From the NCBI RefSeq assembly GCF_009914755.1, contig NC_060935.1: a DNA stretch of 64,000 nucleotides. The stretch is one strand, 5' to 3'. The stretch's first letter is position 1. Every line of letters starts with the position of its first letter. Positions 25,001 to 40,972 of the stretch are shown here, piece by piece. Origin of the DNA: the human T2T-CHM13v2.0 reference genome, Homo sapiens. The notes below the pieces were generated by a model that worked only from the letters and a program-made list of their open reading frames with translations, searched no databases and was not told where the DNA came from. The translations under genes were made by a program, and so were the position numbers.

Positions 25001-27804
25001 TAATGAAAACAGAGACACAACACACCAGAATTTTTGGGACACAGCTAAAGCAATGTTAAGAGGAAAGTTTATAGTGCTAAACACCTACATCAAGAATTCA
25101 GAAAGATCTTAAATTAACAACCTAACATTGCATCTGGAAGAACTAGAAAAACAAAAGCCAACCAATCCCAAAGTTATCAGAAAAAAGAAATAATAAAAAT
25201 CAGAGCAAAACTGAAAGAAATTGAGATGTGATATTCCATACAAAAAAGGTCAATGACACCAAAAGATAGTTCTTTGAAAGAATAAACAAGATTGATAGAA
25301 CATTAGCTAGATTAACAAAGGAAAAAAGAGAGAAGATCCAAATAAGCACAATCAGAAATGACAAAGGTGACGTTACAACTGACCCCACAGAAATACAAAA
25401 AGTCCTCTGAGACTATTATGAACACCTTTATGCACACAAACTAGAAAACCTAGAAGAAACTGATACATTCCTGGAAACACACAACCTCCCAAAATTGAAG
25501 CAAGAAACTGAAACCCTGAACAGACCAATAACGAGTTCCAAAATTGAATCAGTAATAAACAAACCTACCAACCAACAAAAGCCCTGGACCAGATGGATTC
25601 ACAGCAAAATTCTACCAGGCATGTAAGAAGAGCTAGTACCAATGCTACTGAAATTATTCCAAAAAATCAAGCAGGAAGGACTCCTTCTGATCTCATTCTA
25701 TGAAGCCAGCATCATTCTAATACCAAAACCTGGCAGAAATACAATACAAAAGAAAACTTTGGGCCAATATCCCTGATGAACATAGATGTGAAAATCCTCA
25801 GCAAAATACTAGCAAACTGAATCCAGCAGCATATCACTAAGTTAATTCGCTATAATCAAGTAGGCTTTATTCCTGGGATGCAAGGTTGTTTCAATATATG
25901 CAAATCAATAAATGTGATTCACCACATAAACAAAATTAAAAACAAAAACTATATGATCATCTCAATAGACACAGAAAAAGCTTTTGATAAAATTTAACAT
26001 CCCTCATGTTAAAAATCCTCAATGAATTAGGCATCAAAGGAACACACCTCAAAATAATAAGAGCCATCTATGACAAATCTCCAGCCAACATCATACTGAA
26101 CAAGCAAAAGCCAAAAGCATTCCCCTTGAGAACCAGAACAAGACAAGGATGCCTATTCTTACCACTCCTAATCAACATAGTACTGGAAGTCCCAGCCAGA
26201 GCAATCAAGCAAGAGAAAGAAATAAAAAGCATCCAAATAGGAAGAGAGGAAGTGAAATTATCTCTCTTCATAGATGATATGACACTATACCTAGAAAGCC
26301 TTAAAGACTCTGCCAAAAGGCTCCTAGAACTTCAGTAAAGTTTCACGATACAAAATCAATGTACAAAAATTAACAGCATTTCTATACGCCAATAATGTTC
26401 AAACTAAGAGCCAAATCAAGAATGCAATCCAATTTATAACAGCCACAAAAAGAATAAGACACCTTGGACTATAGCTAACCAAGGAGGCGAAAGATCTCTA
26501 CAATGAGAATTACAAAACACTGCTGAAAGAAATCAGAGATGACTCTAACAAATGGAAAAACACTGCATCCTTATGGATAGGAAGAATCAATATTGTTAAG
26601 ATGGTCATAGCAATTTACAGATTGAATGGTATTCCTGTCAAACTACTAACATCATTTTTCACAGAATTAGAAAAAAACTATTCTAAAATTAATATAGAAC
26701 CAATAAAAAGAGCCTGAATAGTAAGACAATCCTAAGCAACAACAACAAAAAGATAAAGTCAGTGGCATCACACTACCAAAACAGCATGGTATTGGCATAA
26801 AAACAGGCACATAGGCCAATGGAACAGGATAGAGAGCCCAGAAATAAAGCCACATGCCTACAACAAAGTTGACAAAAACAAGCAAAGGGGAAAGGACTCC
26901 CTATTCAATAAAAGGTGCTGGGATAACAAGGCAGCCATATGCAGAAGATTGAAACTAGACCCGTACCTTTCGCCATATACAAAAAACAAACTCAAGATGG
27001 GTTCAAGACTTAAATGTAAGATCTAAAACTATTAAAATACTAGAAGAAAACCTAGGAAACACCATGCTGAACATTGGCCATTGCAAATAATTGATGACTA
27101 AGTCCTCAAAAGCAATTGCAACAAAACAAAAAATTGACAAGTGGGACATCATTAAACTAAAAAGCTTCTGCACAGCAGAAACTATTAACAGAGTAATCAG
27201 ACAACCTATTACCCTGTATAAAAATGACCAAACCACATGAATAGACACTTCTCAAAAGAAGACATACATACAGTGAACAAACATATGAAAAAATGCTCAA
27301 CGTCACTAATCATCAGGGAAATGCCAATCGAAACCACAATGAGATACCATCTCACACTGGTCAGAATGGCTATTATTAAAAAGTCAGGTTCTGCAAGGTT
27401 CAGTCATCTTTTTTACACTGGAGAACCACAGGTCAAGAGTCATCTCTTCAAGCAGAGTTTGAGGGAGCTGCGTCAGGCCAATGGAGTCTTTATTTATTAA
27501 TACTTGCATGAAAATAACAGATGTTGGAGAGGTTGCAGAGAAAAGGAAAGGTTTATACATTGTTGGTGGGAATATAAATTAGTTCAGCCACTGTGGAAAG
27601 CAGTTTGGAGATTTCTCAAAGGACTTAAAGCAGAACTACCATTTGACCCAGCAAGCCCACTACTGGATATATATTCAAAAGCAAATAAATCATCCTGCCA
27701 CAAACACACATGTACTCATATATTCATCCCAGCACTATTCACAATACCAAAGACATGGAATTATCCTAGATGCCCATCAACAATAGACTGAATAAAGAAA
27801 ATGT

Positions 27805-27835
<31 letters not shown>

Positions 27836-28235
27836 TGTGGAATAGTATGCAGCCATAAAAAGAATGAAATCATGTCCTTTAAAGCCACATGGATGCAGCT
27901 AGAGGCCATTATCCTAAGCAAGTTAATGCAGGAACAGAGAACCAAATACCACAAGTTCTTACTTATACATGGGAACTAAGCATTCAATACCCAAGGACAT
28001 GGAGATGAAAACAATAGACACTGGGGACTATTGGGGGACATCTTGGGGTGGGGGGCAGTGAGGGTTGTAAAACTATCGTGTACTGTGTGTGCTACCTGGG
28101 TGATGGGATCATTTGCATACCAAACCCCAGTGACATGAAATTTACCCACATAACAAACCTGCACATGTACCCACTGAACCTAAAAAAAAGTCGAAAAAAA
28201 AAGTAGAACTGGAAATGAAGCTCAAAAAAAATTTT
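22100..28235 (+). mobile_element. Near full-length decayed L1 (L1PA15/16-like): 5' UTR, ORF1, ORF2 (endonuclease, RT), 3' UTR
   Basis: ORF fragments MGDFNTPLTVLD (APE endonuclease) and [12 protein letters not shown]...[11 protein letters not shown] (RT), plus the C-terminal Cys-rich region. The 3' UTR ends aacaaacctgcacatgtacccactgaacctaaaa. Approximate TSD taagaaggt(a/g)ga at 22091 and 28236. Multiple stops and frameshifts. Confidence 0.93.
27806..27831. repeat. (TA)n microsatellite in L1
   Basis: About 12 TA units. Confidence 0.9.
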
Positions 28236-28272
28236 TAAGAAGGTGGAGTGTAGCAAGTATTGACAAGGATGC

Positions 28273-28639
28273 TAATATGATTTGGCTGTCTCCCCACCCA
28301 AATCTCATCTTGAATTGTAGCTCCCATAATTCCCACGTGTCATGGGAGAGACCTAGTGGGAGATAACTGAATCATGGGAGCAGGTCTTTCCCATGCTGTT
28401 CTCGTGATAGTGAATAAGTCTCATGAGATATGATGGTTTTATAAAGGGGAGTTCTGCTGCAAACATTCTCTTGCCTGCTGCCACATAAGATGTCTCTTTG
28501 CTCTTCCTTCATCTTCCACCATGATTGTGAAGCCTCCCCAGCCGTGTGGAACTGTGACTCCATTGAACTTCTTTCCTTTATAATTACCCAGTCTCAGGTA
28601 TGTCTTTCTTTATTAGCAGCATAAGAATGGTCTAACACA
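28273..28639 (+). mobile_element. THE1-type MaLR LTR
   Basis: atatgatttggctgtctccccacccaaatctcatcttgaattgtagctcccataattcccacgtgtcatggg; flanks gatgc/gatgt. Confidence 0.88.
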
Positions 28640-28845
28640 GATGTGGAGGATTAGAACGCTCATATACTGCTGATGAGAATGTAAAATTACACAACTGCTT
28701 GGGAAACTACTTTGGTAGTTTCCTAAAAAAGTAAAAAATACATTTACCATATGACCCAGCCATTCTACTCATTGTTATTCATCCAAGAGAAATGAAAGCA
28801 TATGTCTACAAAACGGCCTGTACAGGAGTATTCACAGTAGCTTTT

Positions 28846-29583
28846 TTCATTATTTGTTTATTTTTATTTCAATAGTTTTGGGGGTACAAGTGGTTTTTGT
28901 TGCATGGATAAGTTCTTTAGTGGTGATTTCTGAGATTTTAGTGCATCCATCACCTGAGCAGTGTACACTGCACCCAATATGTAGTTTTGTATCCATCACC
29001 TCCCTCCCAAACTTCTCCTCTGAGTCCTCAAAGTCTATTATGTCATTCTTATGCTTTTGTGTCCTCATAGCTTAGCTCCCACTTATAAGTGAGAACATAT
29101 GATATTTGGTTTTCTATTCCTGAGTTACTTCACTTAGAATAATGTCCTCTAGCTCCATCCAAGTTGCTGCAGAAGACATTATTTCATTCCCTTTTATGAC
29201 TGAGTAGTATTCCATGGTGTATACACACCACATTTTCTTTATGCACTCAGTTGATGGGCATTTAGGTTGGATCCATATCTTTGCAATTGTGGATTCTGTT
29301 GCTATAAACATGCATGTTCATGTGTCTTTTTCATATAATGACTTCTTTTCTTCTGGGTAGATACTCAGTAGTGAAATTGCTGGATCGAATGGTACTTTCA
29401 TTTTTATTCCCCAAGGAATCTCTATACCGTTTTCCATATTGGTTGTACTAACTTATATTCCCACCAGCAATGTAAAACTGTTACCTTTTGACCACATCCA
29501 CACCAACATCTATTGTTTTTTGACTTTTTAATTATGGCCGTTCTTGTAGGAGTAAGGTGGTATTTCATTGTGATTTTAATTTA
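28846..29583 (-). mobile_element. L1PB-like 3' end, antisense, nested in L1M
   Basis: Reverse-strand L1 ORF2 tail (MFIAT...WIQPKCPS...WMELEDIILSEVTQE) and 3' UTR. Confidence 0.85.
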
Positions 29584-31547
29584 CGGTAGGTTTTTTTTTT
29601 TTGTAATATCTGGAAACAACCAAATGTTGGTCTACAGGCTCATAAACAAACTGTGGCATATCCATACAATAGAATACTACTCATCAATAAAAAGGAATGA
29701 ACACACAACAGCACGTAAAATTTCAGAATAATTATGCTGAGTAAAAAAGCTGGATCAAAAAAAAAAGAAAAGAATGCATAATGTATGGTTCTAATTATAT
29801 AAATTTCTAGAAGAGTCAAACTAATCTCTAGTGAAAGAAAGCAGATGCATGGTTACCTGGGGGTAGAGCAGAAGGGAGGGATTACAAAGGGGGCACCAGG
29901 AAACTTGGGGGCGATGGTAGTGATATTCATGATCTTGATTGTAGTGATGGTTTCACAAGTTTGTAAATATGCTAAAACTCATCAAATTGCACACTTTAAA
30001 TATGTGCATCTTATTTTACGTCAGCTATACCTCAGTATAGTTATTTTAAAGAAAGAACAGAATGGAGAAGAATATAGCAATATCTTAGCAAGTAGCAAAT
30101 ATACCAATATCTTAACAAAATTAGTCTCTGTGAGATTATCAATGATGATTCTTTTCTTCTTTATCCTTTTCCAAGTTTCCAAATGAACATGTAATAATAC
30201 CAAAATCATACAAAGTACTTTTTTGGAGAAAAAACAGAATTAGGTGAAGAGAGAAATTTGAAGAAAATAGTCTGTACTTGTGAATCCTAATACCAGTGGG
30301 TGAAAAAAAATCAAAGACATGAAACTTTTCAAATGACAAAGATCCTCTATTCTTTCAAAAGCCATGATAAGCCAGGAGGCACTATGAGAAGGTTTGATAA
30401 GTTGCACAGGAACATATATAAATCTAAAGAAGTCTATGGAGAAGTCATCATATTAGCAAAAACGCATCATTTGGTTGAGCTTTCCAGCTCAAATATCCTT
30501 CAAATACGTCAGTGAGAGACAATTGCAACAAAAAAAGAAAAAGAAAGAGGCAGTGCTAGGCAGCAAAGGAAGGTGGAATTTTTTCGTTATGTCAGGACCC
30601 ATCAGTTCTGTAGTTCACCCAGGAATCTAAGGATTAAAGAACAATCCAATATAACTAGAAATTTACTGGCATCATATGTCCTTAAAAAGAATAAATACTG
30701 CAAAGAACAAACCAGGCCACAGAAAATGCTGTTCTCCTTCTGACTAAATATGGTCAAGTCTCATGAATCTGGGTTTCCACTCTTGGAAATGTTTGTTAAA
30801 TCTGTGTGCACTGGGCTGAAGGCTCACTCTGAATTTTTTATTAGTGGTGGAAGTAGTAAGTTTTAAAAAGCTTTCAGAGACATACTTAACCCATTTAGAT
30901 GATAAAATATTTTTAAAGCTTTCAGTGTATTATTTGGATATCAAATATTGAAAATTATCAAGTAATTTTTATATTCATTTATTCAAGAAAAACTCACTAA
31001 GTGCCAGCAATTGTGCCAGGTCCTGGGACACAAAGAAGCAAACACAACCCATGACCTCATGGAGCTCTTAGACTAATGACTGATAAACCTACAAACAGTT
31101 GCTATACAAGGTGTCCTTGGCTTGGGAGAGTGAAAAGGAAGTCAGAGAAGCCTGCAAAGAGAAGGTAACACTTGAGCAGAGTCTTGAAGGCTATGTAGGA
31201 GTTTTCTGGTTAGGAAAAGAGAGACATTCTAGGCAGAGAGGACAGCATGAGGCAGAGAGGCAGGAGAAAGGGAGATTATTTGGTAAATGGCAAGAGCTTC
31301 TGAGAGGATTAAGAATAGGATTCACCTGGTGGGGACAGGCCCTAAAGCAGATGGAAGCTCTTTATCCATGCTGGAGAAGTTCAGGCTTTATCCTAGATAG
31401 AATGAGGAGGTGTGTTGGTTACAACTCTGCTTTTAACCAAATGAACTGGCCTAAAAGTGAAAAAGATGACCTTCAGTGTTCAGAGAACTCAAGGGCTTTA
31501 TATAGTCAGACTTAAAAAGAGGCTGAAATTGGTAACTGGAAAGCTAA

Positions 31548-31877
<330 letters not shown>

Positions 31878-32029
31878 CTCAATCTTTTATCTTGGTTTTT
31901 TCCCCCCCCCTCTCCATATCCATTTTCTATTAACCTGTTCTTTTGGTCATAAGTGACAGAAATATAACTCAAAATAGTTTAAGCCAGAAAGGGATTTTTT
32001 TTACTCTCAAAGGGAAGTCTAGGCACATG

Positions 32030-32340
32030 CTATAGCAGGGGTTAACTTTGAGGACATTTCGCTATGTGAAATAAGCTAGTCACGAAATGACAAATATTGT
32101 ATCACTCTACTTCTGTGAGGTACCTATAGTACATTCATAGAGACAAAAAGTAAAAGGGTGCTTGCCAGGGGCTGGGGCCAAGGAGGAATTGGGAAGTGTG
32201 GGAAGATGAAAATATTCCACAGATGGATGGTGGTGACAACTGCACAATAATGTGAAGATACCTAATGCCACAGAACTTTACACTTAAAAATGGTTAAAAT
32301 AGTAAATGCTTTGTATAGGTTACCACAACTTTTTTTAAGT
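32030..32340 (+). mobile_element. L1MB-like 3' end within an MLT1 LTR (31930-32820)
   Basis: ttgaggacatttcgctatgtgaaataagctagtcac...gtggtgacaactgcacaataatgtgaag...cacttaaaaatggttaaaat. Confidence 0.75.
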
Positions 32341-33589
32341 GAGGTGTCCAGAAGTATAATAAATACAACTCCAGGCACTGTTGGATGCAACAGTTCAAGT
32401 GCCTTCATGGGAATCTTGTCACTATTTTGTTCTTCTTTCCTCTTCATTTGCTTCATTTTCAAGAAGAATCTCTTTACGTGGTGGCAAAGATGGCCACCCT
32501 CATCTTAAATCATCTATATACCTCATGATTGTCGCCAAAAGAGAGTCTCTTGCCTGACAGTTCCAGCTAAAGCTCTGGGAATGGCTGATTGGCCTGGTGT
32601 TGGGTCATAAACCCACTCTTGAACTAATCACTGTAGCCAGAAATCAGAGTACACTGATTGGTCAAGCCTGAGTCATGTGTTCAACCTCAAGCCAATCACT
32701 GTAGTCAGGGGAGCAGAGTTCTCTGGCCATGCCTCCCTGATGGGAGTCCACCTGAACCGTGGACTGAGAATGAAAAGGGTGATTTCTCACAGAGATACTG
32801 GACAGTCAAAACATGTCCATCACAGCTTCTTCTTTCTTTCTCTATGGACCAGTTTTCTGTGTTTTCAGTCAGTATGGTAGAAGAAATATTGCTATGCCCA
32901 GCTCAAGTTTTACTTTCTCTCTATTCAAGAACACTAGAAGTCCCTGGGAGACTCTGACTAGTGAAGCTCATACAATTAACTGTGATGGTGGAGATGAGGA
33001 TAGTCTTAAAGGTAACACGGTTGCAACAGACTCATCTATGCGAATATAAAGGTAAGTTACAGGGGCCATTAGGAGCAAGGCAGATATCTCAAAAGGTGTC
33101 TTTTACAACAGATGATAGACATGCTTTCAGGAAAGTGGTATGAGCACACTGTATGAAAATAGTTCTGGCTGCTAAATATTGGATAGGTTGGAGCAGGAAA
33201 ATATGACAGCAGGAAGACTAATCATAGGGATGTTGCAAAAAGATGACTCAAATTTCTAGCTTAGGAGGATGAGAATGGTGATGTCATCCACTAAGAATGA
33301 GATTATGAAAGGAATGTGTGGTCCGGAGAGGGGTAGGAAGAAAAGGGTGATAAGTTTAGCTTCTGACGTGTTTCCTTCAAGATGCCTGTTGGACATTCAA
33401 GTGGAGAATTCTATTAAGCAGTGGAAAATAGAAGCTTAAAACCTGAGAAAGAGAATATGGCTGGGGACAGAGATTTGGCAAAAATTGGTATGTGGATTGA
33501 TATTGAAGCCATGAAGTGTATGAGATTGCACATAGAGAGCACTGAGTATGGGCAGAAAAGAGAATAGAGGGCAAAACCTGCATTTATGG

Positions 33590-33990
33590 GGTTATGACAG
33601 GAGCCTCAGTACCCTGCCCAATGTGCTCAGCACTCACTGTTTCCAAGCATGCCAATGGCATCCTATTGTAACTCCATCCAAGGGCTTTCTCTCAAGTTGA
33701 GCTTGATGCAGGCCAGAAATGCCAGGGTAAACAGCCCTTAGCCAATGTTGATGGGACTCTTGTGGGACAACTCAAATGTGTTCCCCACCATCTCACAGAG
33801 GTCCCGGTGGGATCTAGCCGCAGTTGCTCACAGCAGTTACCTCCTCATTACTATACCCTGTACTTGCATCTTTCACTTCCCTGTCTCACTTCTCAATGGC
33901 TCCACTGGTGTGCCCTATGATCACCTCCCAGATAGATCACTCACACTCAAATCTTAGTTTCAACATCTGCTTCTGGGAGAACTCAAGAGC
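33590..33990 (+). mobile_element. LTR16-like ERVL solo LTR
   Basis: 3' end gatcacctcccagatagatcactcacactcaaatcttagtttcaacatctgcttctgggagaactc. Confidence 0.65.
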
Positions 33991-34128
33991 GCACAAAGAA
34001 GGATGCTCCAGGGAGAATGAGACCAAGAGGTCTGGAGATGGGAGTAAAACCAGGATAAATGATTTCCCTGGAGCAAGGAAAGAGAGAATTAGAGAGGAGC
34101 TGGGACTCCATTGAAAGTACTTGAGAAA

Positions 34129-34581
<453 letters not shown>

Positions 34582-34754
34582 TTATAATCTCCTGAAAAGG
34601 AAACCCCAAGGGCCCAGAACAGTGGCCTCTGATGCCTGAAGAGGCAGGGGGCCTGAGAGCAAAGCAGAGCCTTAAGCAGCCCTGTTTGGGATCCCTGTGT
34701 GTCCCCCACATGCGAAAGTGTCATGCAGGTGGTAACAAACACTTTGGCTTTGTG

Positions 34755-35240
34755 GAGGATCGATTCATTGCTGGCCCTGATTAACGGCCTCCTATATTCA
34801 TGCCCCTTGCCTGTAATTTCATTGTCCCCACCCACTATGACTCTGGCCAGGCCTTTGACTTGCTTTGGCCAATCAAATAGAGTGTAAGTGGTGTGCAAAT
34901 TCCAACTCTAGGCTTCAAGAGGGCTTGCAGTGTTTGTGCTTGCTCTCTTAGATCCTTCTTCTGCCATGAGCTCAAGCCCAGGCTAACCTGTTGCAGTATG
35001 AGACCACATAAAACACTGCCAAGTCACCCCAGTTGTCCCAGCCAAGACCTAGACATGTGAAGGAGTACAACCAAGATCAATAAAGATACCTAACTGACCA
35101 CAGGTGCAGAGAAAGCCCAGCTCTGACTAAAAGAACTATCTAGTAAAGATAAAAGACTCATGAGCAACATTAATCATTATTGTTTTTGTGAATCTTAGTG
35201 AATTTTGAGATGAATTGTTACACAGCAGGAGCTAACTGAA
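34755..35240 (+). mobile_element. MLT1F/G-type LTR
   Basis: ctctggccaggcctttgacttgctttggccaat...ggcttcaagagggcttgcagtgtttgtgcttgctctctt. Confidence 0.65.
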
Positions 35241-35329
35241 ATATAGGCTTCATGCTGAACAATGCTCAGTGAGTTACCTGAGCTGGATGCCTTTTGTGCA
35301 TCTGGAAGGCAAGGCAAGTTACTTAGGGA

Positions 35330-35694
35330 CAGTATTGGTCCATTCTCACACTGCTGTAAAGGTACTACCTGAGACTGGATAATTTATAAAGGAAAGAGAT
35401 TTAATTGACTCACAGTTCACCATGGCTGGGGAGGCCTCAGGAAACTTACAATCATGGCGGAAGGCAAAGGGGAAGCAAGGCACCTTCTTCACAAGGCAGT
35501 AGGAAGGAGAAGTGCCGACCGAAGTGGGAAGAGCCTCTTATAAAACCATCAGATCTTGTGAGAACTCACTATCACAAGAATAGCATGGAGGAAACCGCCC
35601 CCATGATTCAATTACCTCCACCTGTTATCTCCCTTGACACATGGGGATTATGGGGATTACAATTCTTGTGGGGATATAAAGCCTAATCATATCA
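35330..35694 (-). mobile_element. MSTA/THE1-type LTR
   Basis: gtattggtccattctcacactgctgtaaag...ttaattgactcacagttc...atcatatca. Confidence 0.85.
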
Positions 35695-36369
35695 GGGACC
35701 AAGATAATAAAGTTGAGGTAGCTGCCTTGGAATAGTAGAGAGAGGGAAAACAAGCAGCAGACCAGACAGATGCTTATTAAATACCTATGCTGTGCTAGGT
35801 GCCTGGCATGTTATTATCTCACTGTCAACTCAAAAACACCCTGTGAGGAAGTATTATTATCTCTCTAACCAGAATGGCTCTGGCAACCAAGCAATGCTCC
35901 ACTTGAACCAGTGTCTGGGTGGCCACCATTGCCATTCTACCCCAGATAAGAGTGTTCCTTTGCCAGCTGCACCGTGGGTACAGAAGCACTCTGTATTTAT
36001 CTGAGACCCATTGACTTGGGGGCGGGTCCCCCAGCAAAGCTGATGCATCCAGGGATATTTCAGCTCTTTTAGGTTTACTTAGAGCCCCCTTCCTAGTCAG
36101 GCATGCAACTTCCGCCAGAATAACTGGATTGGGTGGATTAAAGCAACAGCTGCCTGGGGACCCTGGCTTATCTCCATCGATTCTCAGACTCTGAATGGAA
36201 TCAGACACTTGCTCTTCAGGAAGAATTCTCCTTAGAGGGGTCTACTCTGCTTCTTTGCTATTTGCCTGCTGTTGGCCTCTGCCCTTCCCCTTGCCCACCC
36301 CATCTCTAACTAAATCACCCTTTGTATATTCAAACCTCAGCATAGAAACAGTTCCAATTTTTCCCCAGG

Positions 36370-37745
<1,376 letters not shown>

Positions 37746-39087
37746 TCCAAACAGAAGGCACCTGTTTCTGATGCAACATAACACATGCAAATGGATCCAA
37801 GGGGAGGAAGCTGTTGCCAAATATTTCATCCCACACTGCCTGGGAAGCCTAGGACATCTCCATTTTACAGATGAGAAAAGTGAGGCTTATCCAGAGTTGT
37901 ATAACTAGTTGTTAATAGTACTGAAATCCAAACATAAGTCTATTTGACTCCAAAGTCCATCCCTTGAGGTTGCCTCTTAGAAACCGTGTATTTGGTTCAG
38001 AAGAATACAGGGAAACTGTTAATGAGGCTCACTTTGGAAATCAGCAAGAGGAGGCTTGGAGAAATTCCAGAGGAGTCAATACCCAGGTGAAGGCCCCGCA
38101 GGCCTAAGGGAAGGGGAAGCTGCATTGGGGGCACACCCACAGGTACAAATTACAGATGTGGATGAGAGCAAACATGCGGGCATGGGGGTGGAGATGTGGG
38201 ACTTCCTGTGTCAGGGCTGCAACAGTAAGCACATTTCACCTCATCAATGATGGTTTGTACTCATGAAGAAATTGTGAGTGCAAGGATCCATAATCCAATT
38301 AAATGGTTTTGTGATAGGAAATGAGGCATGCTTTTCAAGCGGTACGCAGTCAGAGATTAATAGCAGGTGCTGAGCCATGGCTGGGAATGGTGCTAGTTGA
38401 TCATAAGGTGCACTGCATTTTTGCTAATGTTACAGCTTCGGAGGTGAGGACAGAAGAGAGCATAAGAGGTCCTCAGGGCTCATGCCTACTTTTTGGAAGA
38501 TCAGTAGTCAGGGACATCACTGTGGCAGTACCACTCTTCCAAGGAGCCTTTTGTGATCTCCAATGGCTGAATGGCTCTGGCTGGAAGGGGTCATCACTGG
38601 GACCTGAACCATGCCTCATCTAGGTACCTGACTAGGGGAAGCTGAGTCTCTCTTTTCCAGCCATGCACAACTGTGAGCCAATTAAACCTCTTTTCTTTAT
38701 AAATTACCCAGTCTTGGGTATTTTACCTACCCCGGGTAATTTACCAGTCTCAGGTAAATTACCCCATCCCTTCTAGTTGCAAGGGATAGAAAGTCAGCTC
38801 AAAAGGCTTAAGCAAAAAAAGGGAATCTATTGTCCTGAGTAACTGGGCAGTTGAAGAGTGGCCTCAGGAACTGTAAGGTTTGAAGCAAGTTTCTCAGACG
38901 AACACCATCCAGCTTCCTCTTGATCTCTGTTTGTTTCTCTTTGCCCCTGCAGACTCTTCCTTCTGCAGCAAGTAGAAGGCATGACTGAAGCAACTCAAGT
39001 CTACATCATCCCAGCTTCGCAATCTCCCAAGAGAACAAGAGCCCCAGTTGGCCAACATCTGAACATAAATTCTCATCAGTCCACCTT

Positions 39088-39597
39088 CATAAGCAGATGG
39101 GGAGGGTCTCCAGGGATAACAGGAATTTAACCAACTTCAGCAATCAGCCTGGTTTACAGCCTCCTGCCCTGCAGCCTGTTCTTCCACAAACCCTGGGTAA
39201 AATGCAGTCACCTTGTTGGTTTAAACCAGCTCTTGACAGACCCCCGGCAACATACAGATGAACGCAAGTGAACTTTCTCATGACCACGCTAAAGTCTCCA
39301 CCCTGGGCAACCTGTAGCTTCATTACCATGACATGCAACCTATGCGCTGACGTAATGACTCACTGCATCTGTGCAACTAGACCTCTCCTCGTCATGCAAT
39401 GATGCTCCCTGTCTCCTCCCCATTGCGCCATAAAACCCTCCTGTCACTTTCCCTCGGAAAGACACTGCTTTGGAGAATACCCCCAGTGTCACCCTTACTT
39501 GAGTTAAATAAAACTCCTATTGATCAAAGACAGTGTTCTTGTGGAGAGTCCTTTGTTATTCATGAGGTGAGTGAACCCTGGTATTTTGGGGGTAACA
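39088..39597 (+). mobile_element. 5' LTR of a class I ERV provirus
   Basis: About 510-bp direct repeat of 44940-45454. TATA-like cataaaa at ~39429, AATAAA at ~39507, ends gtaaca. Left flank ccttc at 39084-88. Confidence 0.92.
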
Positions 39598-39601
39598 AAT
39601 C

Positions 39602-39619
39602 TGGTACCCCAGGTGGGAC
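39602..39619 (+). promoter_or_regulatory. Primer-binding site complementary to tRNA-Arg(CCT)
   Basis: tggtaccccaggtgggac is the reverse complement of the tRNA-Arg-CCT 3' end (GTCCCACCTGGGGTA-CCA) as recalled. Confidence 0.85.
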
Positions 39620-39714
39620 TGTGGACCAAGCTCTGACTCAGTCTCCCTTATAGGCTTCCAATCAGGTGAAGCCACAACCTGTGGACACTTGGGCTAACTC
39701 ACCTAAGTTGCTGA

Positions 39715-40131
<417 letters not shown>

Positions 40132-40972
40132 GTTCAGCGTTCTTTTGCAGCGGTAAGTGGTGGCAGTTTTGTGAACTGACTTAAAAGAGTAATTTCGGTT
40201 TTGATCATTAGGACTCTGGGTTGTCAGGGTTAGGACCTAGGTCAAGGGATTCAGGGTTGTTGGGAAAAGGGAGGACTCCCCTTCAGGTCTGGGAGATTGA
40301 GAGACATCTCCATCCATTTTAACAAGGGGAACTCCCAACATAAAGACAAGGACTGTCATCTTCAGGATTTCATCCCGTCTTGTATATCCGTAGGACTGAA
40401 TATTTGTTCATCTTTGTCAGTGTTTGTTTGTCTTTGTCTGTGACCTGAATGACTGTGAAGCCTGGATTCCCCTCCCCTTAGTCTGTAGCAACCCCTAAAA
40501 TATTGAGCTTCCATTTGCAGCAGTCACAAGAGAACTGTTATTGGTTTGCCAAGGAGACCCATTTTTGAAGGAGGCAGTTTTGTGGGGTCCTGATCCTTGG
40601 AACTAGAATGCAGTGACACAAAGGATAGGTGAACAGAGAGAGACAGTGTGTGTGCCTTCTCCTGAGGGAATATCTCGCTTACCTGATTGATTTACCTACC
40701 TCCCCACCATGCAAGCCCAGCCCAGAACTACTCCAGTGGCTTTGTGAGATCTCCTGGGAAGCCTCCCAGACCAAACAGTCCAGGAAGAGGCAATCCCTGT
40801 TATCCTCTCATAGCTTCCCGGGACCTCTACTCTAGGGTGGCCTAGGTGTGGTAGCAAGCAAGGAAGGCAGAAATATTCTGCGGGCTAAAAGTTGCAGGAT
40901 TTGTGTCACCACTAACCCTCAATAGAAGTATCTTGGAGCGTGGAATCAGACTCTTTGCAAAGACCCTAGAAT

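Larger units (their letters stand above)
21140..30045 (+). mobile_element. Old L1M 3' region, host of several nested insertions
   Basis: L1 ORF2-end and 3' motifs at 21140-21390, 21790-22095, 28240-28270, 28640-28845 and 29590-30045 read as one continuous element. Confidence 0.75.

Noticed and set aside
24180-27980. L1 ORF2 as an active retrotransposase
   Set aside because: Numerous stops, frameshifts and internal deletions.
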